Positions 12,875 to 26,940 of a stretch of DNA of 64,000 nucleotides are shown here, piece after piece (the first letter of the stretch is position 1; each line of letters begins with the position of its first letter). Under the pieces are notes generated by a model. It had not been told where the DNA came from. It did not search any database and saw only the letters and a program-made list of their open reading frames with translations. The stretch is from Eledone cirrhosa (lineage: Eukaryota): the NCBI GenBank assembly GCA_964016885.1, contig CAXHJY010000871.1, forward strand, positions 1-64,000, read 5' to 3'. The position numbers and the translations under genes were made by a program.

Positions 12875-15794
12875 GGGGAGATAATTTCCAGCCGTCCAAG
12901 GGGAGATAATTTCCATCCTTCCAAGAGGATATAATTTCCAGCCGTCCAAGGGGAGATAATTTCCCGCCAGCCAAGGGAAGATAATTTTTAAAAAAATCAG
13001 GCGGAGATTGTAATAAAAATCAGGGGGAGATAATTTGTAAAAAAAAATCAGGGGGAGATAATTTGTAAAAAAAAATCAGGGGGAGATAATTTGTAAAAAA
13101 AAATCAGGGGGAGATAATTTGTAAGAAAAAATCAGGGGGAGATAATTTGTAAAAAAAAATCAGGGGGAGATAATTTGTAAAAAAAATTAGGCGTAGATAA
13201 TTTGTAAAAAAAAATCAGGGGGAGATAATTTGTAAGAAAAAATCAGGGGGAGATAATTTGTTAAAAAAATCAAGGGGAGATAATTTGCAGCCGTCCAAGG
13301 GGAGATAATTTTCAGCCGTCCAAGGAGAGGTAATTTCTAGCCGTCCAAGGGGAGATAATTTCCAGCCGTCCAAGGGGAGATAATTTCCAACCGCCCAAGG
13401 GGAGATAATTTTTAAAAAAAAATCAGGCGGAGATAATTTGTAAAAAAAAATCAGGGGGAGATAATTCGTAAAAAAAAATCAGGGGGAGATTTGTAAAAAA
13501 AAATCAGGGGGAGATAATTTGTAAAAAAAAATCAAGGGGAGATAATTTCCAGCCGTCCAAGGGGAGGTAATATCTAGCCGTCCAAGGGGAGATAATTTCC
13601 AGCCGTCCAAGGGGAGATAATTTCCAGCCGTCCAAGGGGAGATAATTTCCAGCCGTCCAAGGAGACATATTATCCAGCCGTCCAAGGCGAGGTAATTTCT
13701 AGCCGTCCAAGGGGAGATAAATTCCAGCCTCCAAGGGGAAATAATTTCCAGCCAGCCAAGGGGAGATAATTTGTAAAAAAATCAGGGGGAGATAATTTGT
13801 AAAAAATATCAGGGGGAGATAATTTGTAAATAAAAATCAGGGGGAGATAATTTGTAAAAAAAAATCAGGGGGAGATAATTTGTAAAAAAAATCAAGGGGA
13901 GATAATTTCCAGCCGTCCAAGGGGAGATAATTTTCAGCCGTCCAAGGAGAGGTAATTTCTAGCCGTCCGAGGAGAGATAATTTCCAGCCGTCCAAGGGGA
14001 GATAATTTCCAGCCGTCCAAGGAGACATATTTTCCAGCCGTCCAAGGAGAGGTAATTTCTAGCCGTACAAGGGGAGATAAATTCCAGCCTCCAAGGGGAG
14101 ATAATTTCCAGCCAGCCAAGGGGAGATAATTTGTAAAAAAATCAGGGGGAGATAATTTGTAAAAAAAATCAGGGGGAGATAACTTGTAAAAAAAAATCAG
14201 GGGGAGATAATTTGTAAAAAATAATCAGGGGGAGATAATTTTTTAAAAAAATCAAGGGGAGATAATTTCCAGCCGTCCAAGGGGAGATAATTTTCAGCCG
14301 TCCAAGGGGAGATAATTTCCCGCCAGCCAAGGAAAGATAATATTTAAAAAAATTAGGCGGAGATAATTTGTAAAAAAAATCAGGGGGAGATAATTTGTAA
14401 AAAAAAATCAGGGGTAGATAATTTGTAAAAAAAAATCAGGGGGAGATAATTTGTAAAAAAAAATCAGGGGGAGATATTTTGTAAAAAAATCAAGGGGAGA
14501 TAATTTCCAGCCGTCCAATGAGAGATAATTTAAAAAAAAAATCAGCGGCAGATAATTTGTAAAAAAAATCAAAGGGAGATAATTTCCAGCCGTCCAAATA
14601 GAGATAATTTCTAGCCGTCCAAGGGGAGATAATTTCCAGCCAAGGAGAGATAATTTATTGCCGTCCAAGGGGAGATAATTTTTTAAAAAATCAGGTGGAG
14701 ATAATTTGTAAAAAAAATCAGGGGGAGATAATTTGTAAAAACAAAATCAAGGGCAGATAATTTCCAGCTGTCCAAGGGGAGATAATTTCCAGCCGACCAA
14801 GGGGAGATAATTTCCAGCCGTCCAAGGGGAGATAATTTCCATCCTTCCAAGGGGATAGAATTTCCAGCCGTCCAAGGGGAGATAATTTCCCGCCAGCCAA
14901 GGGAAGATAATTTTTAAAAAAATCAGGCGGAGATTGTAAAAAAAAATCAGGGGGGAGATAATTTGTAAAAAAAAAATCAGGGGGAGATAATTTGTAAAAA
15001 AAAATCAGGGGGAGATAATTTGTAAAAAAAAATCAGGGGGAGATAATTTGTAAAAAAAATTAGGCGTAGATAATTTGTAAAAAAAAATCAGGGGGTGATA
15101 ATTTGTAAAAAAAATCAGGGGGAGATAATTTGTTAAAAAAATCAAGGGGAGATAATTTGCAGCCGTCCAAGGGGAGATAATTTTCAGCCGTCCAAGGAGA
15201 GGTAATTTCTAGCCGTCCAAGGGGAGATAATTTCCAGCCGTCCAAGAGGAGATAATTTCCAGCCGTCCAAGGGGGGATCATTTTTTAAAAAAAATCAGGC
15301 GGAGATAGTTTGTAAAAAAAAATCAGGGGGAGATAATTCGTAAAAAAAATTCAGGGGGAGATTATTTGTAAAAAAAATTAGGGGGAGATAATTTGTAAAA
15401 AAATCAAGGGGAGATAATTTCCAGCCGTCCAAGGGGAGGTAATATCTAGCCGTCCAAAGGGAGATAATTTCCAGCCGTCCAAGGGGAGATAATTTCCAGC
15501 CGTCCAAGGGGAGATAATTTCCAGCCGTCCAAGGAGACATATTTTCTAGCCGTCCAAGGAGAGGTAATTTCTAGCCGTCCAAGGGGAGATAAATTCCAGC
15601 CTCCAAGGGGAGATAATTTCCAGCCAGCCAAGGGGAGATAATTTGTAAAAAAATCAGGGGGAGATAATTTGTAAAAAATATCAGGGGGAGATAATTTGTA
15701 AAAAAAAATCAGGGGGAGATAATTTGTAAAAAAAAATCAGGGGGAGATAATTTGTATAAAAAAATCAGGGGGAGATAATTTGTAACAAAAATCA

Positions 15795-18700
15795 AGGGGA
15801 GATAATTTCCAGCCGTCCAAGGAGAGATAATTTTCAGCCGTCCAAGGAGAGGTAATTTCTAGCCGTCCAAGGAGAGATAATTTCCAGCCGTCCAAGGGGA
15901 GATAATTTCCAGCCGTCCAAGGGGAGATAATTTCCAGCCGTCCAACGAAACATATTTTCCAGCCGTCCAAGGAGAGGTAATTTCTAGCCGTCCAAGGAGA
16001 GATAATTTCCAGCCGTCCAAGGGGAGATAAATTCCAGCCTCCAAGGGGAGATAATTTCCAGCCAGCCAAGGGGAGATAATTTGTAAAAAAATCAGGGGGA
16101 GATAATTTTTAAAAAAAATCAGGGGGAGATAATTTGTAAAAAAAAATCAGGGAAAGATAATTTGTAAAAAATAATCAGGGGGAGATAATTTGTAAAAAAA
16201 ATCAAGGGGAGATAATTTCCAGCCGTCCAAGGGGAGATAATTTTCAGCCGTCCAAGGGGAGATAATTTCCCGCCAGCCAAGGGAAGATAATATTTAAAAA
16301 AATTAGGCGGAGATAATTTGTAAAAAAAAATCAGGGGGAGATAATTTGTAAAAAAATCAGGGGGAGATAATTTGTAAAAAAATCAGGGGTAGATAATTTG
16401 TAAAAAAAATCAAGGGGAGATAATTTCCAGCCGTCCAAGGGAAGATAATTTCCAGCCCTCCAAGGGGCTATAATTTCCAGCGTCCAAGGGGAGATAATTT
16501 CCAGCCAGCGAAGGGGAGATAATTTTTTTTAAAAAATCATTAGGAGATTTGTAAAAAAATCAGAGGGAGATAATTTGTAAAAAAATCAAGGGGAGATAAT
16601 TTCCAGTCGTCCAAGGGGAGGTAATATCTAGCCGTCCAAGGGGAGATAATTTCCAGCCGTCCAAGGGGAGATAATTTCCAGCCGTCCAAGGGTAGATAAT
16701 ATCCAGCCGTCCAAGGACATATTTTCCAGCCGTCCAAGGAGAGGTAATTTCTAGCCGTCCAAGGGGAGATAAATTCCAGCCTCCAAGGGGAGATAATTTC
16801 CAGCCAGCCAAGGGGAGATAATTTGTAAAAAAAATCAGGGGGAGATAATTTGTAAAAAAAAATCAGGGGGAGATAATTTGTAAAAAAAAATCAGGGGGAG
16901 ATAATTTGTAAAAAAAATCAAGGGGAGATAATTTCCAGCCGTCCAAGGGGAGATAATTTTCAGCCGTCCAAGGGGAGATAATTTCCCGCCAGCCAAGGGA
17001 AGATAATATTTAAAAAAATTAGGCGGAGATAATTTGTAAAAAAAATCAGGGGGAGATAATTTGTAAAAAAATCAGGTGGAGATAATTTGTAAAAAAAATC
17101 AGGGGGAGATAATTTGTAAAAAAAATCAAGGGGAGATAATTTCCTGACGTCCAAGGGGAGGTAATATCTAGCCGTCCAAGGGGAGATAATTTCCAGCCGT
17201 CCAAGGAGAGATAATTTTCAGCCGTCCAAGGAGAGGTAATTTCTAGCCGTCCAAGGAGAGATAATTTCCAGCCGTCCAAGGGGAGATAATTTCCAGCCGT
17301 CCAAGGGGAGATAATTTCCAGCCGTCCAACGAGACATATTTTCCAGCCGTCCAAGGAGAGGTAATTTCTAGCCGTCCAAGGAGAGATAATTTCCAGCCGT
17401 CCAAGGGGAGATAAATTCCAGCCTCCAAGGGGAGATAATTTCCAGCCAGCCAAGGGGAGATAATTTGTAAAAAAATCAGGGGGAGATAATTTTTAAAAAA
17501 AATCAGGGGGAGATAATTTGTAAAAAAAAATCAGGGAAAGATAATTTGTAAAAAATAATCAGGGGGAGATAATTTGTAAAAAAAATCAAGGGGAGATAAT
17601 TTCCAGCCGTCCAAGGGGAGATAATTTTCAGCCGTCCAAGGGGAGATAATTTCCCGCCAGCCAAGGGAAGATAATATTTAAAAAAATTAGGCGGAGATAA
17701 TTTGTAAAAAAAAATCAGGGGGAGATAATTTGTAAAAAAATCAGGGGGAGATAATTTGTAAAAAAATCAGGGGTAGATAATTTGTAAAAAAAATCAAGGG
17801 GAGATAATTTCCAGCCGTCCAAGGGAAGATAATTTCCAGCCCTCCAAGGGGCTATAATTTCCAGCGTCCAAGGGGAGATAATTTCCAGCCAGCGAAGGGG
17901 AGATAATTTTTTTTAAAAAATCATTAGGAGATTTGTAAAAAAATCAGGGGGAGATAATTTGTAAAAAAATCAAGGGGAGATAATTTCCAGCCGTCCAAGG
18001 GGAGGTAATATCTAGCCGTCCAAGGGGAGATAATTTCCAGCCGTCCAAGGGGAGATAATTTCCAGCCGTCCAAGGGTAGATAATATCCAGCCGTCCAAGG
18101 ACATATTTTCCAGCCGTCCAAGGAGAGGTAATTTCTAGCCGTCCAAGGGGAGATAAATTCCAGCCTCCAAGGGGAGATAATTTCCAGCCAGCCAAGGGGA
18201 GATAATTTGTAAAAAAAATCAGGGGGAGATAATTTGTAAAAAAAAATCAGGGGGAGATAATTTGTAAAAAAAAATCAGGGGGAGATAATTTGTAAAAAAA
18301 ATCAAGGGGAGATAATTTCCAGCCGTCCAAGGGGAGATAATTTTCAGCCGTCCAAGGGGAGATAATTTCCCGCCAGCCAAGGGAAGATAATATTTAAAAA
18401 AATTAGGCGGAGATAATTTGTAAAAAAAATCAGGGGGAGATAATTTGTAAAAAAATCAGGTGGAGATAATTTGTAAAAAAAATCAGGGGGAGATAATTTG
18501 TAAAAAAAATCAAGGGGAGATAATTTCCAGACGTCCAAGGGGAGGTAATATCTAGCCGTCCAAGGGGAGATAATTTCCAGCCGTCCAAGGAGAGATAATT
18601 TTCAGCCGTCCAAGGAGAGGTAATTTCTAGCCGTCCAAGGAGAGATAATTTCCAGCCGTCCAAGGGGAGATAATTTCCAGCCGTCCAAGGGGAGATAATT

Positions 18701-18875
18701 TCCAGCCGTCCAACGAGACATATTTTCCAGCCGTCCAAGGAGAGGTAATTTCTAGCCGTCCAAGGAGAGATAATTTCCAGCCGTCCAAGGGGAGATAAAT
18801 TCCAGCCTCCAAGGGGAGATAATTTCCAGCCAGCCAAGGGGAGATAATTTGTAAAAAAATCAGGGGGAGATAATT
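15795..18875. repeat. 1384-bp tandem higher-order repeat (~2.2 copies)
   Basis: Constant offset of 1384: 16540->17924, 16960->18344, 17046->18430, 17243->18627. Private variant GACGTCC at ~17146 and ~18530. Confidence 0.93.
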
Positions 18876-21800
18876 TGTAAAAAAAATCAGGGGGAGATAA
18901 TTTGTAAAAAAAAATCAGGGAAAGATAATTTGTAAAAAATAATCAGGGGGAGATAATTTGTAAAAAAAATCAAGGGGAGATAATTTCCAGCCGTCCAAGG
19001 GGAGATAATTTTCAGCCGTCCAAGGGGAGATAATTTCCCGCCAGCCAAGGGAAGATAATATTTAAAAAAATTAGGCGGAGATAATTTGTAAAAAAAATCA
19101 GGGGGAGATAATTTGTAAAAAAATCAGGTGGAGATAATTTGTAAAAAAAATCAGGGGGAGATAATTTGTAAAAAAAATCAAGGGGAGATAATTTCCAGCC
19201 GTCCAAGGGGAGGTAATATCTAGCCGTCGAAGGGGAGATAATTTCCAGCCGTCCAAGGGGAGATAATTTCCACCCGTCCAAGGGTAGATAATATCCAGCC
19301 GTCCAAGGAGAAATATTTTCCAGCCGTCCAAGGAGAGGTAATTTCTAGCCGTCCAAGGGGAGATAAATTCCAGCCTCCAAGGGGAGATAATTTCCAGCCA
19401 GCCAAGGGGAGATAATTTGTAAAAAAATCAGGGGGAGATAATTTGTAAAAAAAATCAGGGGCAGATAATTTGTAAAAAAAAATCAGGGGGAGATAATTTG
19501 TAAAAAAAAATCAGGGGGAGATAATTTGTAAAAAAAATCAAGGGGAGATAATTTCCAGCCGTCCAAGGGGAGATAATTTTCAGCCGTCCAAGGGGAGATA
19601 ATTTCCCGCCAGCCAAGGGAAGATAATATTTAAAAAAATCAGGCGGAGATAATTTGTAAAAAAAATCAGGGGGAGATAATTTGTAAAAAAATCAGGTGGA
19701 GATAATTTGTAAAAAAAAAATCAGGGGGAGATAATTTGTAAAAAAAATCAGGGGGAGATAATTTGTAAAAAAATCAAGGGGAGATAATTTCCAGCCGTCC
19801 AAGGGGAGATAATTTTTTAAAAAATCAGGTGGAGATAATTTGTAAAAAAAATCAGGGGGAGATAATTTGTAAAAACAAAATCAAGTGCAGATAATTTCCA
19901 GCTGTCCAAGGGGAGATAATTTCCAGCCGTCCAAGGGGAGATAATTTCCAGCCGTCCAAGGGGAGATAATTTCCATCCTTCCAAGGGGATATAATTTCCA
20001 GCCGTCCAAGGGGAGATAATTTCCCGCCAGCCAAGGGAAGATAATTTTTAAAAAAATCAGGCGGAGATTGTAAAAAAAATCAGGGGGGAGATAATTTGTA
20101 AAAAAATCAGGGGGAGATAATTTGTAAAAAACAATCAGGGGGAGATAATTTGTAAAAAAAATCAGGGGGAGATAATTTGTAAAAAAAAATCAGGGGGAGA
20201 TAATTTGTAAAAAAAATTAGGCGTAGATAATTTGTAAAAAAAAATCAGGGGGAGATAATTTGTAAAAAAAATCAGGCGGAGATAATTTGTAAAAAAAATC
20301 AAGGGGAGATTATTTGCAGCCGTCCAAGGGGAGATAATTTTCAGTTGTCCAAGGAGAGGTAATTTCTAGCCGTCCAAGGGGAGATAATTTCCAGCCGTCC
20401 AAGGGGAGATAATTTCCAGCCGTCCAAGGGAAGATAATTTCCAGCCCTCCAAGGGGAAGTAATATCTAGCCGTCCAAGGGGAGATAATTTCCAGCCGTCC
20501 AAGGGGAGATAATTTCCAGCCGTCCAAGGGGAGATAATTTCCAGCCGTCCAAGGAGACATATTATCCAGCCGTCCAAGGCGAGGTAATTTCTAGCCGTCC
20601 AAGGGGAGATAAATTCCAGCCTCCAAGGGGAGATAATTTCCAGCCAGCCAAGGGGAGATAATTTGTAAAAAAATCAGGGGGAGATAATTTGTAAAAAATA
20701 TCAGGGGGAGATAATTTGTAAATAAAAATCAGGGGGAGATAATTTGTAAAAAAAAATCAGGGGGAGATAATTTGTAAAAAAAATCAAGGGGAGATAATTT
20801 CCAGCCGTCCAAGGGGAGATAATTTTCAGCCGTCCAAGGAGAGGTAATTTCTAGCCGTCCGAGGAGAGATAATTTCCAGCCGTCCAAGGGGAGATAATTT
20901 CCAGCCGTCCAAGGGGAGATAATTTCCAGCCGTCCAAGGAGACATATTTTCCAGCCGTCCAAGGAGAGGTAATTTCTAGCCGTACAAGGGGAGATAAATT
21001 CCAGCCTCCAAGGGGAGATAATTTCCAGCCAGCCAAGGGGAGATAATTTGTAAAAAAATCAGGGGGAGATAATTTGTAAAAAAAATCAGGGGGAGATAAT
21101 TTGTAAAAAAAAATCAGGGGGAGATAATTTGTAAAAAATAATCAGGGGGAGATAATTTTTTAAAAAAATCAAGGGGAGATAATTTCCAGCCGTCCAAGGG
21201 GAGATAATTTTCAGCCGTCCAAGGGGAGATAATTTCCCGCCAGCCAAGGAAAGATAATATTTAAAAAAATTAGGCGGAGATAATTTGTAAAAAAAATCAG
21301 GGGGAGATAATTTGTAAAAAAAATCAGGGGGAGATAATTTGTAAAAAAAAATCAGGGGGAGATAATATGTAAAAAAAATCAAGGGGAGATAATTTCCAGC
21401 CGTCCAAGAGGAGATAATTTTCAGCCGTCCAATGAGAGGTAATTTCTAGCCGTCCAAGGGGAGATAATTTCCAGCCGTCCAAGGGGAGGTAATTTCCAGC
21501 CGTCCAAGGGGAGATAATTTTTAAAAAAAAATCAGGCGGAGATAATTTGTAAAAAAAATCAAGGGGAGATAATTTGCAGCCGTCCAAGGGGAGATAATTT
21601 CCAGCCGTCCAAGGGGAGATAATTTCCAGCCGTCCAAGGGGAGATAATTTGTAAAAAAAATCAGGGGGAGATAATTTGTAAAAAAAATCGGGGGGGATAA
21701 TTTGTAAAAAAAAATCAGGGGGAGATAATTTGTAAAAAAAATCAAGCAGAGATAATTTCCAGCCGTCCAAGGGAAGATAATTTCCAGCCCTCCAAGGGGC

Positions 21801-22774
21801 TATAATTTCCAGTGTCCAAGGGGAGATAATTTCCAGCCAGCGAAGGGGAGATAATTTTTTTTAAAAAATCAGGGGGAGATTTGTAAAAAAAATCAGGGGG
21901 AGATAATTTGTAAAATAAATCAAAGGGAGATAATTTCCAGCCGTCTAAAGAGAGATAATTTCTAGCCGTCCAAGGGGAGATAATTTCGAGCCAAGGGGAG
22001 ATAATTTCCAGCCGTCCAAGGGGAGATAATTTTTTAAAAAATCAGGTGGAGATAATTTGTAAAAAAAATCAGGGGGAGATAATTTGTAAAAACAAAATCA
22101 AGGGCAGATAATTTCCAGCTGTCCAAGGGGAGATAATTTCCAGCCGTCCAAGGGGAGATAATTTCCAGCCGTCCAAGGGGAGATAATTTCCATCCTTCCA
22201 AGAGGATATAATTTCCAGCCGTCCAAGGGGAGATAATTTCCCGCCAGCCAAGGGAAGATAATTTTTTAAAAAATCAGGCGGAGATTGTAATAAAAATCAG
22301 GGGGGAGATAATTTGTAAAAAAATCAGGGGGAGATAATTTGTAAAAAAAAATCAGGGGGAGATAATTTGTAAAAAAAAATCAGGGGGAGATAATTTGTAA
22401 AAAAAAATCAGGGGGAGATAATTTGTAAAAAAAATTAGGCGTAGATAATTTGTAAAAAAAAATCAGGGGGAGATAATTTGTAAGAAAAAATCAAGGGGAG
22501 ATAATTTGTTAAAAAAATCAAGGGGAGATAATTTGCAGCCGTCCAAGGGGAGATAATTTTCAGCCGTCCAAGGAGAGGTAATTTCTAGCCGTCCAAGGGG
22601 AGATAATTTCCAGCCGTCCAAGGGGAGATAATTTCCAGCCGTCCAAGGGGAGATAATTTTTAAAAAAAAATCAGGCGGAGATAATTTGTAAAAAAAATCA
22701 GGGGGAGATAATTCGTAAAAAAAAATCAGGGGGAGATAATTTGTAAAAAAAAATCAGGGGGAGATAATTTGTAA

Positions 22775-25700
22775 AAAAAAATCAAGGGGAGATAATTTCC
22801 AGCCGTCCAAGGGTGGTAATATCTAGCCGTCCAAGGGGAGATAATTTCCAGCCGTCCAAGGGGAGATAATTTCCAGCCGTCCAAGGGGAGATAATTTCCA
22901 GCCGTCCAAGGAGACATATTATCCAGCCGTCCAAGGCGAGGTAATTTCTAGCCGTCCAAGGGGAGATAAATTCCAGCCTCCAAGGGGAGATAATTTCCAG
23001 CCAGCCAAGGGGAGATAATTTGTAAAAAAATCAGGGGGAGATAATTTGTAAAAAATATCAGGGGGAGATAATTTGTAAAAAAAATCAAGGGGAGATAATT
23101 TCCAGCCGTCCAAGGGGAGATAATTTTCAGCCGTCCAAGGAGAGGTAATTTCTAGCCGTCCAAGGGGAGATAAATTCCAGCCTCCAAGGGGAGATAATTT
23201 CCAGCCAGCCAAGGGGAGATAATTTGTAAAAAAATCAGAGGGAGATAATTTGTAAAAAATATCAGGGGGAGATAATTTGTAAATAAAAATCAGGGGGAGA
23301 TAATTTGTAAAAAAAAATCAGGGGGAGATAATTTGTAAAAAAAAATCAGGGGGAGATAATTTGTACAAAAAAATCAGGGGGAGATAATTTGTAACAAAAA
23401 TCAAGGGGAGATAATTTCCAGCCGTCCAAGGAGAGATAATTTTCAGCCGTCCAAGGAGAGGTAATTTCTAGCCGTCCAAGGAGAGATAATTTCCAGCCGT
23501 CCAAGGGGAGATAATTTCCAGCCGTCCAAGGGGAGATAATTTCCAGCCGTCCAACGAGACATATTTTCCAGCCGTCCAAGGAGAGGTAATTTCTAGCCGT
23601 CCAAGGAGAGATAATTTCCAGCCGTCCAAGGGGAGATAAATTCCAGCCTCCAAGGGGAGATAATTTCCAGCCAGCCAAGGGGAGATAATTTGTAAAAAAA
23701 TCTGGGGGAGATAATTTTTAAAAAAAATCAGGGGGAGATAATTTGTAAAAAAAAATCAGGGAAAGATAATTTGTAAAAAATAATCAGGGGGAGATAATTT
23801 GTAAAAAAAATCAAGGGGAGATAATTTGTAAAAAAAAATCAGGGGGAGATAATTTGTAAAAAATAATCAGGGGGAGATAATTTGTAAAAAAATCAAGGGG
23901 AGATAATTTCCAGCCGTCCAAGGGGAGATAATTTTCAGCCGTCCAAGGGGAGATAATTTCCCGCCAGCCAAGGGAAGATAATATTTAAAAAAATTAGGCG
24001 GAGATAATTTGTAAAAAAAATCAGGGGGAGATAATTTGTAAAAAAATCAGGGGGAGATAATTTGTAAAAAAATCAGGGGTAGATAATTTGTAAAAAAAAT
24101 CAAGGGGAGATAATTTCCAGCCGTCCAAGGGAAGATAATTTCCAGCCCTCCAAGGGGCTATAATTTCCAGCGTCCAAGGGGAGATAATTTCCAGCCAGCG
24201 AAGGGGAGATAATTTTTTTTAAAAAATCATTAGGACCTTTGTAAAAAACATCAGGGGGAGATAATTTGTAAAAAAAATCAAGGGGAGATAATTTCCAGCC
24301 GTCCAAGGGGAGGTAATATCTAGCCGTCCAAGGGGAGATAATTTCCAGCCGTCCAAGGGGAGATAATTTCCAGCCGTCCAAGGGTAGATAATATCCAGCC
24401 GTCCAAGGACATATTTTCCAGCCGTCCAAGGAGAGGTAATTTCTAGCCGTCCAAGGGGAGATAAATTCCAGCCTCCAAGGGGAGATAGTTTCCAGCCAGC
24501 CAAGGGGAGATAATTTGTAAAAAAAATCAGGGGGAGATAATTTGTAAAAAAAAATCAGGGGGAGATAATTTGTAAAAAAAAATCAGGGGGAGATAATTTG
24601 TAAAAAAAAATCAGGGGGAGATAATTTGTAAAAAAAATCAAGGGGAGATAATTTCCAGCCCTCCAAGGGGAGATAATTTTCAGCCGTCCAAGGGGAGATA
24701 ATTTCCCGCCAGCCAAGGGAAGATAATATTTAAAAAAATTAGGCGGAGATAATTTGTAAAAAAAATCAGGGGGAGATAATTTGTAAAAAAATCAGGTGGA
24801 GATAATTTGTAAAAAAAATCAGGGGGAGATAATTTGTAAAAAAAATCAAGGGGAGATAATTTCCAGCCGTCCAAGGGTGGTAATATCTAGCCGTCCAAGG
24901 GGAGATAATTTCCAGCCGTCCAAGGGGAGATAATTTCCAGCCGTCCAAGGGGAGATAATTTCCAGCCGTCCAAGGAGACATATTATCCAGCCGTCCAAGG
25001 CGAGGTAATTTCTAGCCGTCCAAGGGGAGATAAATTCCAGCCTCCAAGGGGAGATAATTTCCAGCCAGCCAAGGGGAGATAATTTGTAAAAAAATCAGGG
25101 GGAGATAATTTGTAAAAAATATCAGGGGGAGATAATTTGTAAAAAAAATCAAGGGGAGATAATTTCCAGCCGTCCAAGGGGAGATAATTTTCAGCCGTCC
25201 AAGGAGAGGTAATTTCTAGCCGTCCAAGGGGAGATAAATTCCAGCCTCCAAGGGGAGATAATTTCCAGCCAGCCAAGGGGAGATAATTTGTAAAAAAATC
25301 AGAGGGAGATAATTTGTAAAAAATATCAGGGGGAGATAATTTGTAAATAAAAATCAGGGGGAGATAATTTGTAAAAAAAAATCAGGGGGAGATAATTTGT
25401 AAAAAAAAATCAGGGGGAGATAATTTGTACAAAAAAATCAGGGGGAGATAATTTGTAACAAAAATCAAGGGGAGATAATTTCCAGCCGTCCAAGGAGAGA
25501 TAATTTTCAGCCGTCCAAGGAGAGGTAATTTCTAGCCGTCCAAGGAGAGATAATTTCCAGCCGTCCAAGGGGAGATAATTTCCAGCCGTCCAAGGGGAGA
25601 TAATTTCCAGCCGTCCAACGAGACATATTTTCCAGCCGTCCAAGGAGAGGTAATTTCTAGCCGTCCAAGGAGAGATAATTTCCAGCCGTCCAAGGGGAGA

Positions 25701-26940
25701 TAAATTCCAGCCTCCAAGGGGAGATAATTTCCAGCCAGCCAAGGGGAGATAATTTGTAAAAAAATCTGGGGGAGATAATTTTTAAAAAAAATCAGGGGGA
25801 GATAATTTGTAAAAAAAAATCAGGGAAAGATAATTTGTAAAAAATAATCAGGGGGAGATAATTTGTAAAAAAAATCAAGGGGAGATAATTTGTAAAAAAA
25901 AATCAGGGGGAGATAATTTGTAAAAAATAATCAGGGGGAGATAATTTGTAAAAAAATCAAGGGGAGATAATTTCCAGCCGTCCAAGGGGAGATAATTTTC
26001 AGCCGTCCAAGGGGAGATAATTTCCCGCCAGCCAAGGGAAGATAATATTTAAAAAAATTAGGCGGAGATAATTTGTAAAAAAAATCAGGGGGAGATAATT
26101 TGTAAAAAAATCAGGGGGAGATAATTTGTAAAAAAATCAGGGGTAGATAATTTGTAAAAAAAATCAAGGGGAGATAATTTCCAGCCGTCCAAGGGAAGAT
26201 AATTTCCAGCCCTCCAAGGGGCTATAATTTCCAGCGTCCAAGGGGAGATAATTTCCAGCCAGCGAAGGGGAGATAATTTTTTTTAAAAAATCATTAGGAC
26301 CTTTGTAAAAAACATCAGGGGGAGATAATTTGTAAAAAAAATCAAGGGGAGATAATTTCCAGCCGTCCAAGGGGAGGTAATATCTAGCCGTCCAAGGGGA
26401 GATAATTTCCAGCCGTCCAAGGGGAGATAATTTCCAGCCGTCCAAGGGTAGATAATATCCAGCCGTCCAAGGACATATTTTCCAGCCGTCCAAGGAGAGG
26501 TAATTTCTAGCCGTCCAAGGGGAGATAAATTCCAGCCTCCAAGGGGAGATAGTTTCCAGCCAGCCAAGGGGAGATAATTTGTAAAAAAAATCAGGGGGAG
26601 ATAATTTGTAAAAAAAAATCAGGGGGAGATAATTTGTAAAAAAAAATCAGGGGGAGATAATTTGTAAAAAAAAATCAGGGGGAGATAATTTGTAAAAAAA
26701 ATCAAGGGGAGATAATTTCCAGCCCTCCAAGGGGAGATAATTTTCAGCCGTCCAAGGGGAGATAATTTCCCGCCAGCCAAGGGAAGATAATATTTAAAAA
26801 AATTAGGCGGAGATAATTTGTAAAAAAAATCAGGGGGAGATAATTTGTAAAAAAATCAGGTGGAGATAATTTGTAAAAAAAATCAGGGGGAGATAATTTG
26901 TAAAAAAAATCAAGGGGAGATAATTTCCAGCCGTCCAAGG
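22775..26940. repeat. 2064-bp tandem higher-order repeat (2 copies)
   Basis: Constant offset of 2064: 22919->24983, 23346->25410, 24100->26164, 24680->26744. Markers: AAGGGTGGTAATATC (22809/24873) and TAGGACCTTTG (~24231/~26295). Confidence 0.93.

Larger units (their letters stand above)
5938..16105. repeat. ~5.0-5.2-kb tandem higher-order duplication (~5938-10924 and ~10925-16105)
   Basis: Offsets: 6363->11350 (4987), 8310->13479 (5169), 9573->14718 (5145), 10592->15737 (5145). Shared rare variants: CAGCGGCAG (9398/14543), GCCGACC (~9648/~14792), CAACGAAA (~10798/~15943). Confidence 0.92.
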
